Positions 32,528-42,566 of a stretch of 64,000 nucleotides of DNA are shown here, one piece after another (within the stretch, counting starts at the first letter, position 1; each line of letters starts with the position of its first letter). Location of the stretch: NCBI GenBank assembly GCA_963555825.3, contig CAUVXB020000002.1:448001-512000 (forward strand), written 5' to 3'. The stretch comes from Alphaproteobacteria bacterium (lineage in GTDB: Bacteria; Pseudomonadota; Alphaproteobacteria; JAAXGF01). The position numbers and the translations under genes are program-made. The notes beneath the pieces are model-generated. The model was not told the DNA's origin and made no database searches. It saw only the letters and a list, made by a program, of their open reading frames with translations.

Positions 32528-33595
32528 ATGACCGAGATCTTCGACGGCTTGATCGACCATCCGGCGGCGTGGCGGGGCTGCGACGTCGGCGGCAAGGACG
32601 CCGTCGCCTTCGATCTCGCGCCGCGCCACATCGTGGCCTTCGAGGCGGCGATCGCGGTCGCGCGCGAACGCGGCCTCGAGCCCGAGCACTTCGAGCGCGC
32701 CGACTTCGACCTCTCGGCCATCGCGGGCGACATCGCGGCGATCCGGGATGCGCTGATGAACGGGCGCGGCGTGGTCGTCCTGCGCGGCTTCCCGGTCGAA
32801 CGTTGGGGCGTGGCCGCGACGACGCTCTTGTACTGGGGCCTCGGCGCGCATTTCGGCACCGCGGTGTCGCAGAGCCGCATGGGCGACCGGCTCGGCCATG
32901 TCGTCGACGTCTCGGGCGACAATCCGCGCGAGCGCGGCTACCGCTCGTCCAAGGAGCTCGAGTTCCACACCGATTCCGACGACATCGTCGGCATGATGTG
33001 CCTGGCGGGCGCCGCAACGGGCGGCGTCAGCCGGCTGGTCAGCGCGCTCGCCATCCACAACGAGATGCGCGCCAGCCACGCCGAGCATCTGGCGGCGCTC
33101 TATGCCGGCTTCCACTACCACTGGCGCGGCGAGGAGCCGCCCGGCGAGCCGCCGATCACCGACTACCGCGTGCCGGTGTTCTCGACCCGGGACGGCGTCG
33201 TCAGCTGCTGCTATCTGCGCCACTTCATCACCATGGCGGCGGCCGAGCTGGACGCGCCGCTGGCCGCGCACGAGGCCGCCGCGCTCGACTGTTTCGACGC
33301 GATCGCCAACCGCGAGGACATGGTGCTCGCCATGACGTTGGAGCCCGGCGAGCTGATGCTGTTCAACAACTACGTGCTGCTGCATTCACGCACCGCCTTC
33401 GTCGACCACGCCGAGCCCGGGCGGCGGCGCCACATGCTCAGGCTCTGGCTCAAGGCCGACGACGGCCGGCCGGTCGCGCCGCCGCTGCGACGCTACTACG
33501 GCGCCAACGGCATCGCGGGTCAGGGCGACGGCGACACCATCTACCGCGGCGAGACGGTCATCGCCAAGCAAGCCCGCGCGCATAGCTCGGGCTAG
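32528..33595 (+). CDS. TauD/TfdA-family Fe(II)/2-oxoglutarate dioxygenase
   Basis: FHTD facial-triad motif, NN..LHSR..F and RHMLRLW. Confidence 0.88.
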   Translation: MTEIFDGLIDHPAAWRGCDVGGKDAVAFDLAPRHIVAFEAAIAVARERGLEPEHFERADFDLSAIAGDIAAIRDALMNGRGVVVLRGFPVERWGVAATTLLYWGLGAHFGTAVSQSRMGDRLGHVVDVSGDNPRERGYRSSKELEFHTDSDDIVGMMCLAGAATGGVSRLVSALAIHNEMRASHAEHLAALYAGFHYHWRGEEPPGEPPITDYRVPVFSTRDGVVSCCYLRHFITMAAAELDAPLAAHEAAALDCFDAIANREDMVLAMTLEPGELMLFNNYVLLHSRTAFVDHAEPGRRRHMLRLWLKADDGRPVAPPLRRYYGANGIAGQGDGDTIYRGETVIAKQARAHSSG

Positions 33596-33603
33596 CCCGC
33601 GCC

Positions 33604-34281
33604 ATGTGCGGCCGCTTCACCCTGCGCACGCCGGCCCATCGCCTCGCCGAGGCGTTCGGCGTCGACGCCCTGCCCAACCTCGCGCCGCGCTACAACATCG
33701 CGCCGACCCAGGACGTCGTCGCCATCCGGCAGGGCGGCGCGGGCCGCGAGCTCACGATGCTGCGCTGGGGCCTGATCCCGGGCTGGGCCAAGGACCCGGC
33801 GATCGGCGCCCGCATGATCAACGCGCGCGCCGAGACGGTGGCCGAGAAGCCGTCGTTCCGCGCCGCCTTCCGCCAGCGCCGCTGCCTGGTCGCCGCCGAC
33901 GGCTTCTACGAATGGCGCAAGACGGCCGAGGCGCCCAAGGCGCCCAAGCAGCCCTACTACATCCGGCTCGAGAGCGGAGAGCCGTTCGCCATCGCCGGGC
34001 TGTGGGAGCGCTGGCGCGACCCGGCGGGCGAGACGGTCGAGAGCTGCACGCTGATCACCACCGAGGCCAACCCGGCGCTGGCGCCGATCCACCACCGAAT
34101 GCCTGTCATCCTGGCGTCCGCCGATTACGACGCCTGGCTAGACGCCCGGCCCGCCTCGCCCGCCGCGCTGCACGATCTGCTGCGCCCCTACCCCGGCGCC
34201 GAGATGACTGCGTTCCCGATCAACCGCCACGTCAACAACGTGCGCAACGACGACCCGGGCTGCATCGAGGCGCTCGCCTAG
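33604..34281 (+). CDS. SOS response-associated peptidase (SRAP/YedK family)
   Basis: MCGRF, YNIAPTQ, WGLIP, INARAE, GFYEW and IHHRMP. Confidence 0.95.
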   Translation: MCGRFTLRTPAHRLAEAFGVDALPNLAPRYNIAPTQDVVAIRQGGAGRELTMLRWGLIPGWAKDPAIGARMINARAETVAEKPSFRAAFRQRRCLVAADGFYEWRKTAEAPKAPKQPYYIRLESGEPFAIAGLWERWRDPAGETVESCTLITTEANPALAPIHHRMPVILASADYDAWLDARPASPAALHDLLRPYPGAEMTAFPINRHVNNVRNDDPGCIEALA

Positions 34282-34323
34282 CAACCAATTCGATCGAACT
34301 CTTCCAGCCTGCGCCAATCTTAT
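34278..34323 (+). repeat. 5' fragment of the structured repeat (R4)
   Basis: CTAG(stop)..CTTCCAGCCTGCGCCAATCTTAT matches the 5' arm of R2. Confidence 0.65.
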
Positions 34324-34526
34324 CCGCGTCGCCGTCGCGCGCGACCCGGGGGTGGTGGCCGGTCCGCGGATGGAGAAATATCGACCTAACTTCAAATGGT
34401 TATCAATTCTTCCCTAAACATACATGCATAAACAAACTAACTATTGACATCATAAATGAGTGTATATTTATATGCATCTTTGGGTAGGCTGCCAACGAGG
34501 ATTTCCGACACCGGGAGATCACGGCC

Positions 34527-35072
34527 ATGCCGCTGCAACGATCCATAGCGCTGATCTCCGCGCTCTTGTTATGGGGCTGCCAGCACCTCGTGTACGGTGT
34601 GCCACTCGAGCTTTGGCACGGGATGACAGAAGCCGAACGCCTCGCGGCGATGGATGCGTACACGGCAAGACAACAAGCGTCCTACGCCGTTGCCGAAGCA
34701 AATCGGCTGGAGGAGGAGCGGAAGCACGCCGAGGCGTACGCCAACTACGGTCCCATCGACTATCTGCTTTTGGGCCTCTTCCACATCGATACGAAGTACC
34801 GTCACGATTACCGTTACGTCTACGATTACGGCTACGGCCATGATTACGGCTACGGCTATGATTACGGCTACCATGGCGGCGCCGGACAGGCCTCGCGGCC
34901 CCAGGCGGCGAACCGGAGCGCCGGGTCGTCGCAGCTTGCGGCGCCGCAACGCGCGGGCCGCGAGGAGAGCCTGTCGCGCAAAGACAGGGGGCGCGAGGCG
35001 AGCCTCTCGCACAAAGAAAGAGGGCGCGAGCGCGTCGAGGCGAACGACGAAAACCGCGGCCATGAAAACTAA
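34527..35072 (+). CDS. Hypothetical lipoprotein with a Tyr/Gly/Asp low-complexity repeat
   Basis: Lipobox-like LLWGC; YDYGYGHDYGYGYDYGY; duplicated RE.SLS.K.RG. Confidence 0.6.
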   Translation: MPLQRSIALISALLLWGCQHLVYGVPLELWHGMTEAERLAAMDAYTARQQASYAVAEANRLEEERKHAEAYANYGPIDYLLLGLFHIDTKYRHDYRYVYDYGYGHDYGYGYDYGYHGGAGQASRPQAANRSAGSSQLAAPQRAGREESLSRKDRGREASLSHKERGRERVEANDENRGHEN

Positions 35073-35318
35073 AGAATCGTCCGATCGAATGGAATCGATC
35101 GGATGATGCCGACCCGCGTCACCTTGTCGGATACAGGGTGGCCGCCGCTCCCGCGGTAAGCGGCTAGGCATCGCGCCGCATGACGTACTAAAGGTGGGCT
35201 TCGCAGCGGTCATTTCCTGTCCTTGGTCCTGGGGCTCAACGATCGATTCTGACGGACTCGATCGGGGAACCCCTGCGGCGGACCTATAGCAACGCGCTAT
35301 CCTCATCGGCCTAAGGAG

Positions 35319-36059
35319 ATGGCGGAGAAACATCGAACAACGAGACCGATCTTGGTGTTGGCGGCTATCTTGGCGCTAAACGGGACGGCTTGCGTCGGGT
35401 TGGATGACGCTAAGAAATGCGCCGAAGGTACAGGCGACGCGGCGCTCGACATCGACTACTGCACGCGTGCGATCGATTCGGGCGTCCTGTCCAAGAAGGA
35501 CTTGGTTGCCACCTTCAATAACCGCGGCAACGCGTATGCCGACAACGGCGAGCATGACCAGGCAATCGCCAATTTCGACCGGGCGATCGACCTCAACCCC
35601 GACTATGCCCTGGCCTTCTACAACCGAGGCCGCGCATACAATTTCAAGAGCGAATACGACCGCGCGATCACCGACTACAGTCAGGCGATACAGCTCAAGT
35701 CCAACTTTGCCGAGGCCTTCACCAATCGGGGTTTCGCGCGCGCTCGTAAGGGGGAATACGACCGCGCGATCGCCGACTACAACCAGGCGATCCGACTCAA
35801 GCCCGACTATGCCCTGGCCTTCTACAACCGGGGCAACGCATACAAAAGCAAGCAAGAATGCGACCGCGCGATCCGCGACTACGACCAGGCAACTCAGCTC
35901 GATCCCGACAATGCCCAAGCGTACGGCAAAATGGGAATGGCCTGCGTACTACAAACCGTGATCTATGATGCGCTATTCAACCGCAAGAAGGATCATGATC
36001 CCGGCAGCCGCCCCCGGAGGCTTCTCGACAAACTCGAGGAACTCAGCGTGACGCCGTGA
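35319..36059 (+). CDS. TPR-repeat protein
   Basis: Four 34-aa AFYNRG..YDRAI.DY.QAI.L.P repeats; AAGGAG RBS. Confidence 0.85.
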   Translation: MAEKHRTTRPILVLAAILALNGTACVGLDDAKKCAEGTGDAALDIDYCTRAIDSGVLSKKDLVATFNNRGNAYADNGEHDQAIANFDRAIDLNPDYALAFYNRGRAYNFKSEYDRAITDYSQAIQLKSNFAEAFTNRGFARARKGEYDRAIADYNQAIRLKPDYALAFYNRGNAYKSKQECDRAIRDYDQATQLDPDNAQAYGKMGMACVLQTVIYDALFNRKKDHDPGSRPRRLLDKLEELSVTP

Positions 36060-36183
36060 GTAAGCGCGGCGCCCCGCGCGTTCGCCTCGATGAATTCGAT
36101 CCCTATTGGCACAATTGGCGGGCGCTGTGGGGCGAAGGGCCGAACAAGGCCTTCGCCTCGGTGCCCAACCCCGACTGGGAGGC

Positions 36184-37482
36184 CTAGCCGGCGCCGGCTT
36201 CGGTGCGCAGCGCCGCGGCGACGCGCGCCATGACGCCGGCCCAGTCGCCCGGCGTCTGCTGGCGGAACAGGCGCATGGTCGGGTACCACGGGCTGTCGTC
36301 GCGCCCGGTCAGCCAGCGCCAGTCGGGCGCGAACGGCAGCAGCGTCCAGACCGGCTTGGCCAACGCGCCCGCCAGATGCGCGACCGCGGTATCGACGGTG
36401 ACGACCAGATCGAGCCGATCGATGACCGCGGCAGTGTGTCCGAAACTATCGAGCGGAGGCCCAAGGGCCTCGACCGCCAGCCCGGGCGGCGGCGTCTCGG
36501 CCGTGGCCTCGCCGACCTGCAGCCCGAACAGGCGCACCCCGGGCACGCCGCCAAGCGGCGCGAAGTCGCGCAAGCGCGCGGTCCGCTGGCGGTCGTCGGG
36601 ATGGCGCGGGCTGCCGGCCCAGACCAGGCCGACCTTAAAACCGGGGCCGGCGAGCGCGTCCTCGAACGGCGCGCAGAGCGCCGGATCCGCCGCCAGGTAC
36701 GGCACGTCGCCCGGGATGGTCTCGAGCGTCGTGCCGAAACAGCCGGGCAGGCTGAGCAGCGCAGCATAGACATCGAACGGCACGTCGGGCGGCGCGCGGC
36801 CGGTCAAGGGAACCAGATCGGCGGCCGGGACGAGCGGCGCCAGCAGTGCGGCGAGGTCGCCCGGGCATTCGAAGACCACGCGGCCGCCCGCGCCGCGCAG
36901 CATCGGCAGGTAGCGGGCCGCTTGAATGACGTCGCCGTAACCCTGTTCGCAGATGACCAGCAGGGTGCGGCCGGCGAGCGGCGCGCCGTCCCAGCGCGGC
37001 GCGTTGAAATGTCGGTGCCCGAAATCGGGGATGTTGAGCCGCCACTCGTATTCCGGCCAGCCTGCCTCGAGGAGGCCGGCGAGCAACAGCGCCATGCCGC
37101 GGTGGTAATGAGCGACCGGCCCGCGCGGCTTGATCGCGATTGCGGCGTCGAAGGCGGCGATGGCGGCGTCGAGCGCGAGTCGGTCGTACTGTGCCTTGCC
37201 CAATCCGTTGTAAGCCTCGACGCCGGCGTGGCCCGCACCGATGGTGGTCTCGAACGCCTCGATGGCGTCGTCGGCACGGCCCAACGTTGTCAGCGCGAGC
37301 CCGAGCGTGACCCGCGCGCCGAGGTCATCGGGTCGCGCCTCGAGCACGCGTCTCGCCGCCGCCGCGGCCTCGGCGGGCCGGTCGGCCTCCAGATGCGCAC
37401 CGGCGGCGGCCATGTGATCGTCGACATTGGTCATCGGCGCGCCAGCATAGCCCGAATCGCGCGGCAGCGATGAACCCGTCAT
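36184..37482 (-). CDS. TPR plus glycosyltransferase family 9-like protein
   Basis: GWPEYEWR, EQGYGD.IQ, VTVDTAVAHLAGAL and DWRW..SPWYP; start may be ~37434. Confidence 0.88.
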   Translation of the reverse strand: MTGSSLPRDSGYAGAPMTNVDDHMAAAGAHLEADRPAEAAAAARRVLEARPDDLGARVTLGLALTTLGRADDAIEAFETTIGAGHAGVEAYNGLGKAQYDRLALDAAIAAFDAAIAIKPRGPVAHYHRGMALLLAGLLEAGWPEYEWRLNIPDFGHRHFNAPRWDGAPLAGRTLLVICEQGYGDVIQAARYLPMLRGAGGRVVFECPGDLAALLAPLVPAADLVPLTGRAPPDVPFDVYAALLSLPGCFGTTLETIPGDVPYLAADPALCAPFEDALAGPGFKVGLVWAGSPRHPDDRQRTARLRDFAPLGGVPGVRLFGLQVGEATAETPPPGLAVEALGPPLDSFGHTAAVIDRLDLVVTVDTAVAHLAGALAKPVWTLLPFAPDWRWLTGRDDSPWYPTMRLFRQQTPGDWAGVMARVAAALRTEAGAG

Positions 37483-37551
37483 GAATGCGGCGCTCAGCGT
37501 GAATTCACATGGGCGGGGCTAATATTGCCGCGCTGCGCTACCATAACGACC

Positions 37552-38331
37552 ATGCGGGGTGGAATGATCGGCATTTCAAGCATCGTGCGCGCGCTTGGCC
37601 TTTTGCTGTTGGCCTTGGGGCTGGCTCTGCCGGCGCGCGCCGGTTCGCCGCCCCGGCTCGACCTCGAGTACCACGTCTACGGTCTCGGCATTCACGCCCT
37701 GACCCTACGGCTCTATTACACACGGCGCGACGATGGTTACCGCTCGCTGGTCAACGCCCGGACCGAGGGCGTCGTCGAGATGTTCTACGATTACGAACTG
37801 CACATCGACGCATCGGGACCGAGGGACGGCGTCGCGCTGCGCCCGAGCCACTACATCACGATCAGCCGGGGATCGGAGGGTGGCAAGCGCCTTAAGCTGA
37901 AGTACGCCGACGACGGCGAAATCACGATCGAAACCGACGAGAAGCTGGCGACCGACGAGCTGGCCGCGCGCGTCGCGCGCGGCCACGGCACGATCGACCC
38001 GCTGAGCGCGCTGTTGACGCTGGTCGAGACCCTCGCGGAAACCGGCTCGTGCGATGCCAAGGTCGCGGTCTTCGACGGTAAGCGGCGTTACGACATGACG
38101 GCGGCCGACGGCGACGCGACAGACGGCGTCGAGTGCCGCGTTGCGCTCGAGCAGATCGACGGGTTCCGGGCGCGCGAGAAGGATTCGCCGCGCTATCCGA
38201 AGACCATGACGATCCGGTTCGGCCCGGTCGCCGAGGGCTTTCCACCGATGCCGGTCGAGGTCACCGCCAGCAACTTCTTCGGATTGCTCACCCTGCGCTT
38301 GATCGACGCCAAGTTGGCGCCGCAGCCGTGA
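37552..38331 (+). CDS. DUF3108-family exported protein
   Basis: Signal peptide; IDPLSA and VFDGKRRYD motifs; start uncertain. Confidence 0.75.
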   Translation: MRGGMIGISSIVRALGLLLLALGLALPARAGSPPRLDLEYHVYGLGIHALTLRLYYTRRDDGYRSLVNARTEGVVEMFYDYELHIDASGPRDGVALRPSHYITISRGSEGGKRLKLKYADDGEITIETDEKLATDELAARVARGHGTIDPLSALLTLVETLAETGSCDAKVAVFDGKRRYDMTAADGDATDGVECRVALEQIDGFRAREKDSPRYPKTMTIRFGPVAEGFPPMPVEVTASNFFGLLTLRLIDAKLAPQP

Positions 38332-38349
38332 CCGGCGACCGGCGGCCGG

Positions 38350-38514
38350 TCACCCCGCCTTCTTCACCACCAGCCACAGGGCATGGACCATGCCGGGCAG
38401 GAATCCGAGCAGCGTCAGGAGGATGTTGAGCCAGAAATGAAGCCCGAGGCCGACCGTAAGGAATGCCGCCAGGGGCGGCAGAAAAATGGCCAGGACAATG
38501 CGGATGATGTTCAT
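38350..38514 (-). CDS. YqaE/Pmp3-family membrane protein
   Basis: AIFLPPLAAFL..FWLNILLTLLGFLPGMVHALW. Confidence 0.9.
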   Translation of the reverse strand: MNIIRIVLAIFLPPLAAFLTVGLGLHFWLNILLTLLGFLPGMVHALWLVVKKAG

Positions 38515-38661
38515 GACCAGACAGGCCCCCGACGTTGCGATGCTGTCCGGCGGTATCCTAGCCCGACATTCGATCTGGACGGAACCGCCACGACGGGGGC
38601 AATTTGATACCCGGCGTCGGAGCGTACGCGCCGTGCGCCGCGCAATGAAGGGAGCAGCAGT

Positions 38662-39579
38662 ATGACGGAAGACAGTGCGACCACCGCAGCTTCGGGCGAA
38701 GATCTCCCCTGGCAGTGGCCCGAGGCGAAATGGCGCGGCATCGTCGGCAAGGTGCGCGCCGGCCGCTCGCTGAAGCCGGCGCGCTGGAAGGACGGTGCGC
38801 GCTGCGCGGTTGCGCTGTCGTTCGATTCGGACCACGAGACGGGCACGCTGCGCGCCGGGCGGACCTCGCCGGGCGAGCTCAGCCGGGGCGAGTATGGCGC
38901 CCGCGCCGCCCTGCCGCGCATCCGCGCGCTGCTCGAACGCTCAGGCATCAAGGCGAGCTTCTTCGTGCCCGCCGTGGTCGCCAAGCTTTACCCCGACGAA
39001 CAGCGCGCCAACGTCGCCGAGGGCCACGAGGTCGGCATCCACGGCTGGATCCACGAGCGCAACAGCGAGCTGCCGCGCGACGCCGAGCGCGAGCTGCAGA
39101 TGCGCTCGGCCGACACCCTGGAGACGATCACTGGTGTCCGCCCGGTCGGCATCCGCACGCCGTCATGGGACTTCAGTCCGCATACGCTGGCGATCAGCCG
39201 CGAGATGGGGTTGCTCTACGATTCCTCGCTGATGGCCGACGACGACCCCTACGAAATCCTCGAGGACGGCGAGCCGACCGGCTTGGTCGAGCTGCCGGTC
39301 GAATGGATCCGCGACGACTATCCCTACTTCGGCATGGACCGCTTCTCGCCGATCCGACCCCATGTGGCGCCGTCGGCCGTGCTCGAAATCTTCAAGGCCG
39401 AATTCGACGGCGCCTACGCCGAGGGCGGCCTGTTCCTGCTGACCATGCACCCCGACATCTCGGGCCACCGATCGCGCATTCAGGTGCTCGCGGCATTGAT
39501 CGATCACATGCAGGCGCAAGAGGGCGTCTGGTTCGCGACCCACGCCGAGATCGCGCAGTACTGCCTGGACAACGCCTGA
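38662..39579 (+). CDS. Polysaccharide deacetylase-family protein
   Basis: LSFDSD, GHEVGIHGWIHE, RTPSW, YDSSLM and TMHP. Confidence 0.88.
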   Translation: MTEDSATTAASGEDLPWQWPEAKWRGIVGKVRAGRSLKPARWKDGARCAVALSFDSDHETGTLRAGRTSPGELSRGEYGARAALPRIRALLERSGIKASFFVPAVVAKLYPDEQRANVAEGHEVGIHGWIHERNSELPRDAERELQMRSADTLETITGVRPVGIRTPSWDFSPHTLAISREMGLLYDSSLMADDDPYEILEDGEPTGLVELPVEWIRDDYPYFGMDRFSPIRPHVAPSAVLEIFKAEFDGAYAEGGLFLLTMHPDISGHRSRIQVLAALIDHMQAQEGVWFATHAEIAQYCLDNA

Positions 39580-39740
39580 CCTCGATCGTTCAGAAACAGT
39601 CGAAGTCTACCAGGCCGCGACTGCGGCCCGCCGACCGTTCGGCCGGTCTTGATCCCATAAGATTGGCATGCGCGGCGATTGAGCGCAGGTCACCGCACGT
39701 GACCGCACAAAAATTCACCGCACAAAAGAAGACCGCAAAA
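39580..39740 (+). repeat. Structured intergenic repeat, copy R5 (triplicated ACCGCA(C)AAAA tail)
   Basis: CCGCCGACCGTTCGGCCGGTCTTGATCCCATAAGATTGGCATGCGCGGCGATTGAGCGCAGGTCAC. Confidence 0.9.
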
Positions 39741-39748
39741 ATCAATTC

Positions 39749-40471
39749 TCAACCAGGCGTCACCTTGGCGGTGAAGACGTAGCCGACGCCGCGCACGGTT
39801 TTGATCAGCTGGGGTTTATTGGGCTCGGCCTCGATCTTGTGGCGCAGCCGGCTGATCGAATTGTCGATCGAGCGGTCGTAGGGCGACCATTCACGATTGT
39901 GCGTCATGTCGAGCAGCTGGTCACGGTTCAGCACCCGGTTGGCGTTGTCGATGAGGCTGGCGAGCAGATCGAACTCGACGGTGGTCAGGGTAACTTCCGC
40001 GCCGTCGGGTGCGAACAGGCGGCGCGCCGCGCGCATCAGGCGCCAGCCGTCGAAAATGACGACGTCGCCACCCGCCGACGCCGCACCGGCGCCGCTCGCC
40101 GCCTTGGTCCGCCTCAGAACGCTGCGCACGCGGGCGAGCAGTTGGCGCAAATCGGTCGGCTTTGAGACGTAATCGTCGGCGCCCAGCTCGAGCCCGACGA
40201 CTTGGTCGACCTCGCTCTTCGAGGCCGTCATGATGATGATGCCAACGTCGGATTGCTTGCGCAACTCGGTGACCAGGCTGAAGCCGTGCTCGCCGGGCAT
40301 CGAGAGGTCGAGAATGATCAGGTCGGCCGGGTCCGCCGCCAGCACGTCACGCATCGCCGTGCCGCCGTCCGCCTTGCTCACCCGGTAGCCCTCCGCGGCG
40401 AGATAGCTCTCGACCAGATCGCGAATCAGGGGGTCGTCGTCGACCACGACGATATGGGCGGGTTCGCTCAT
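39749..40471 (-). CDS. OmpR-family response regulator
   Basis: VVDDD, ILDLSMPG, GADDYVSKP and KTVRGVGY. Confidence 0.93.
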   Translation of the reverse strand: MSEPAHIVVVDDDPLIRDLVESYLAAEGYRVSKADGGTAMRDVLAADPADLIILDLSMPGEHGFSLVTELRKQSDVGIIIMTASKSEVDQVVGLELGADDYVSKPTDLRQLLARVRSVLRRTKAASGAGAASAGGDVVIFDGWRLMRAARRLFAPDGAEVTLTTVEFDLLASLIDNANRVLNRDQLLDMTHNREWSPYDRSIDNSISRLRHKIEAEPNKPQLIKTVRGVGYVFTAKVTPG

Positions 40472-40517
40472 CGCCCCGACCGTCGCGGTGTGCGCACGAC
40501 CGCTGCTTCGCCGCGCC

Positions 40518-41153
40518 TCATGTCGGCCGCCAGACGGTTATGCGGATCGGCGACGGCGCGCCGTCGGCGCAGGGATTGTTGACCTGCGGGCAATTCGAGA
40601 TCGCCGTCAACGCGTCCATCTCGGCGCGCAATTCGACGAAATCGCCGGGCTTCGACGGGCCGACATCGAACACCGCTTCGCTCAACGAGCCGCCCGTCCC
40701 GACCGGCACCGCGCAGAAGAAATTGATGTTGGGCACGATGTCGCGCCAGCCGAGGCCGTGGTCGGCGAGCACCGCGAGGAAGTTCTCGCGGCAGCCCGGA
40801 CAGTCGGCGACGCCGTAGAGCAACTGGTTGCTCGGCGCGCTGCAACAGCCGGCGATCGTGTCGTGGCCGCCGCAACTGTCCTCGACGACGGTGAAAATCG
40901 GGCGGGCGCGGTCGGAATAGAGCACGTGCCCCTTGCCGAGACCGAGCGTGTGCGCCGCCTTGATCGTGTTTGGCGCGTGATAGCGTTCATCCGGGTCGGC
41001 CGCGTTGTAGCACAGAAAGTCGACGCCCTGGCGGCCCTCGAGGTCGGTGATGCGCAGCCGCTGGCCACACGCGATGATGCCGGCCCAGGCCGCGCCCGCC
41101 GCCAGGATGCGGTCGTCGACGACGGTGCCCGGAAGATCGATGTCCACAGCCAT
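40518..41153 (-). CDS. DUF1989 (urea carboxylase-associated) protein
   Basis: DLEGRQGVD, HDTIAGCCS and ISNCPQVNNPC. Confidence 0.88.
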   Translation of the reverse strand: MAVDIDLPGTVVDDRILAAGAAWAGIIACGQRLRITDLEGRQGVDFLCYNAADPDERYHAPNTIKAAHTLGLGKGHVLYSDRARPIFTVVEDSCGGHDTIAGCCSAPSNQLLYGVADCPGCRENFLAVLADHGLGWRDIVPNINFFCAVPVGTGGSLSEAVFDVGPSKPGDFVELRAEMDALTAISNCPQVNNPCADGAPSPIRITVWRPT

Positions 41154-41166
41154 GCTGGCCTCCTTC

Positions 41167-41329
41167 TATGTGCGGTCAGCGTTGCTGACCTGCGCTCAAT
41201 CGCCGCGCATGCCAATCTTTATCCCACAAAGACTGGCCGAACGGTCGGCGGCCCGCCCCCACTTGTCCCATCTAGACTGGCGCGGGCTGGAAGACTTCGT
41301 GCGAATCCAGTCGACCGGACAATATTCTA
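41167..41329 (-). repeat. Structured intergenic repeat, copy R6
   Basis: Begins at the TAG of the FAD oxidoreductase gene and ends beside the AAGGAGG RBS of the DUF1989 gene. Confidence 0.9.
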
Positions 41330-42451
41330 CCGCAACCGGCCGGGCGAGAGATCGGCCTCGGTCAGGCCGTGCTCGGCGACGTCGGCGGGCAGCGCGCGCG
41401 CCGTGATCAGCCCGGCCGTCGCGCGCGACATCGCCGGCGAGGTCATGATGCCGTAACCGCCCTGGCCGGTGAGCCAGAAGAAACCCTCGGCCGCCGCGTC
41501 GAAACCGGCGACCAGCGTCTTGTCGGCGACGAAGCTGCGCAGGCCGGCCCAGCTATGCGCGACGCGGCGGACCTCGAAGCACGTCGCGCGCTCGATGCGA
41601 TCGACGGTAATCGCGATATCGAGCTCTTCGGGCTGCGCGTCGCAGGGCGCACTCGGCGTCTCGTCGGCCGGCGAGGCCATGATGCGGCCGGCGTCGGGCT
41701 TGAAGTAGAATTCCTCGTCGATGTCGACGACCTGCGGCCAGGCGTCGATCTCGACGCCCGCCGGCGGATCGAAGGTGATCGCCGTGCGCCGCTTGGGCAC
41801 CAGTCCGATCGGCGCCGCGCCGGCGAGCCCCGCGACCACGTCGCACCAGGCGCCCGCCGCGTTGACGACGACCGGCGCGGCAAACTCACCGGCCGGCGTT
41901 TCGGCGACCCAGCGGCCATCGCGGCGCGTCAGGCCGCGCACCTCGGCGTCGGTCGCCAGCGTCCCGCCGCGCGCGCGGAGGCCCTTGAGAAAGCCGTTCT
42001 GGATGCCGTGTACGTCCATGTCGCGGGCAACCGGATCGTAGACCCCGCCGGCGATATAATCGGCGCGCAACGCGGGCACCAGCTCGCGGCACGCCTGGCC
42101 GTCGAGCTCCTGCGCCGGACCGCCGACCGCCGCCGCCTCGTCCATCGCGCGGCGTACCGCGTCGCGCTGATCGTGGTTGGCGATCAGCAGCAGGCCGCGC
42201 GGGCTGAGCAGCGGATTGTCGGCGAAGCCGTCGGGCGGGTCTTCGAGGAACGCGCGCGACGCGATGGTCAGCTTGCGGATCACCGCGTTGCCGTAGTTCT
42301 CGGTGAACAGCGCGGCCGAGCGGCCGGTCGTGTGGTAGCCCGGCTGACTCTCGCGCTCGAGCACGATGACACGGCCCGACGCCGCCAGTTCATAGGCCGC
42401 CGACGCGCCCGCGATGCCCGCCCCGATGACCAGAAAATCGCCGCTCTCCAT
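41327..42451 (-). CDS. FAD-dependent D-amino acid dehydrogenase-like oxidoreductase
   Basis: IGAGIAG, GYHTTGRSAA, VNAAGAW, WAGLRSF and GQGGYGI. Confidence 0.88.
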   Translation of the reverse strand: MESGDFLVIGAGIAGASAAYELAASGRVIVLERESQPGYHTTGRSAALFTENYGNAVIRKLTIASRAFLEDPPDGFADNPLLSPRGLLLIANHDQRDAVRRAMDEAAAVGGPAQELDGQACRELVPALRADYIAGGVYDPVARDMDVHGIQNGFLKGLRARGGTLATDAEVRGLTRRDGRWVAETPAGEFAAPVVVNAAGAWCDVVAGLAGAAPIGLVPKRRTAITFDPPAGVEIDAWPQVVDIDEEFYFKPDAGRIMASPADETPSAPCDAQPEELDIAITVDRIERATCFEVRRVAHSWAGLRSFVADKTLVAGFDAAAEGFFWLTGQGGYGIMTSPAMSRATAGLITARALPADVAEHGLTEADLSPGRLR

Positions 42452-42566
42452 GCCCCTTGCCCTTCGCAATCTGCGACCGATCCGCGCGCGATGGTAATTC
42501 AGAAATTGCGCCACCGCCATTGACAAGCCGATGGCCCGCGCCCGACGCTCGGCGCGGAGAAGACGC

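Noticed and set aside
33604-34281. SRAP gene as a prophage or mutagenesis-cassette marker
   Set aside because: No phage, imuABC or umuDC genes are adjacent.
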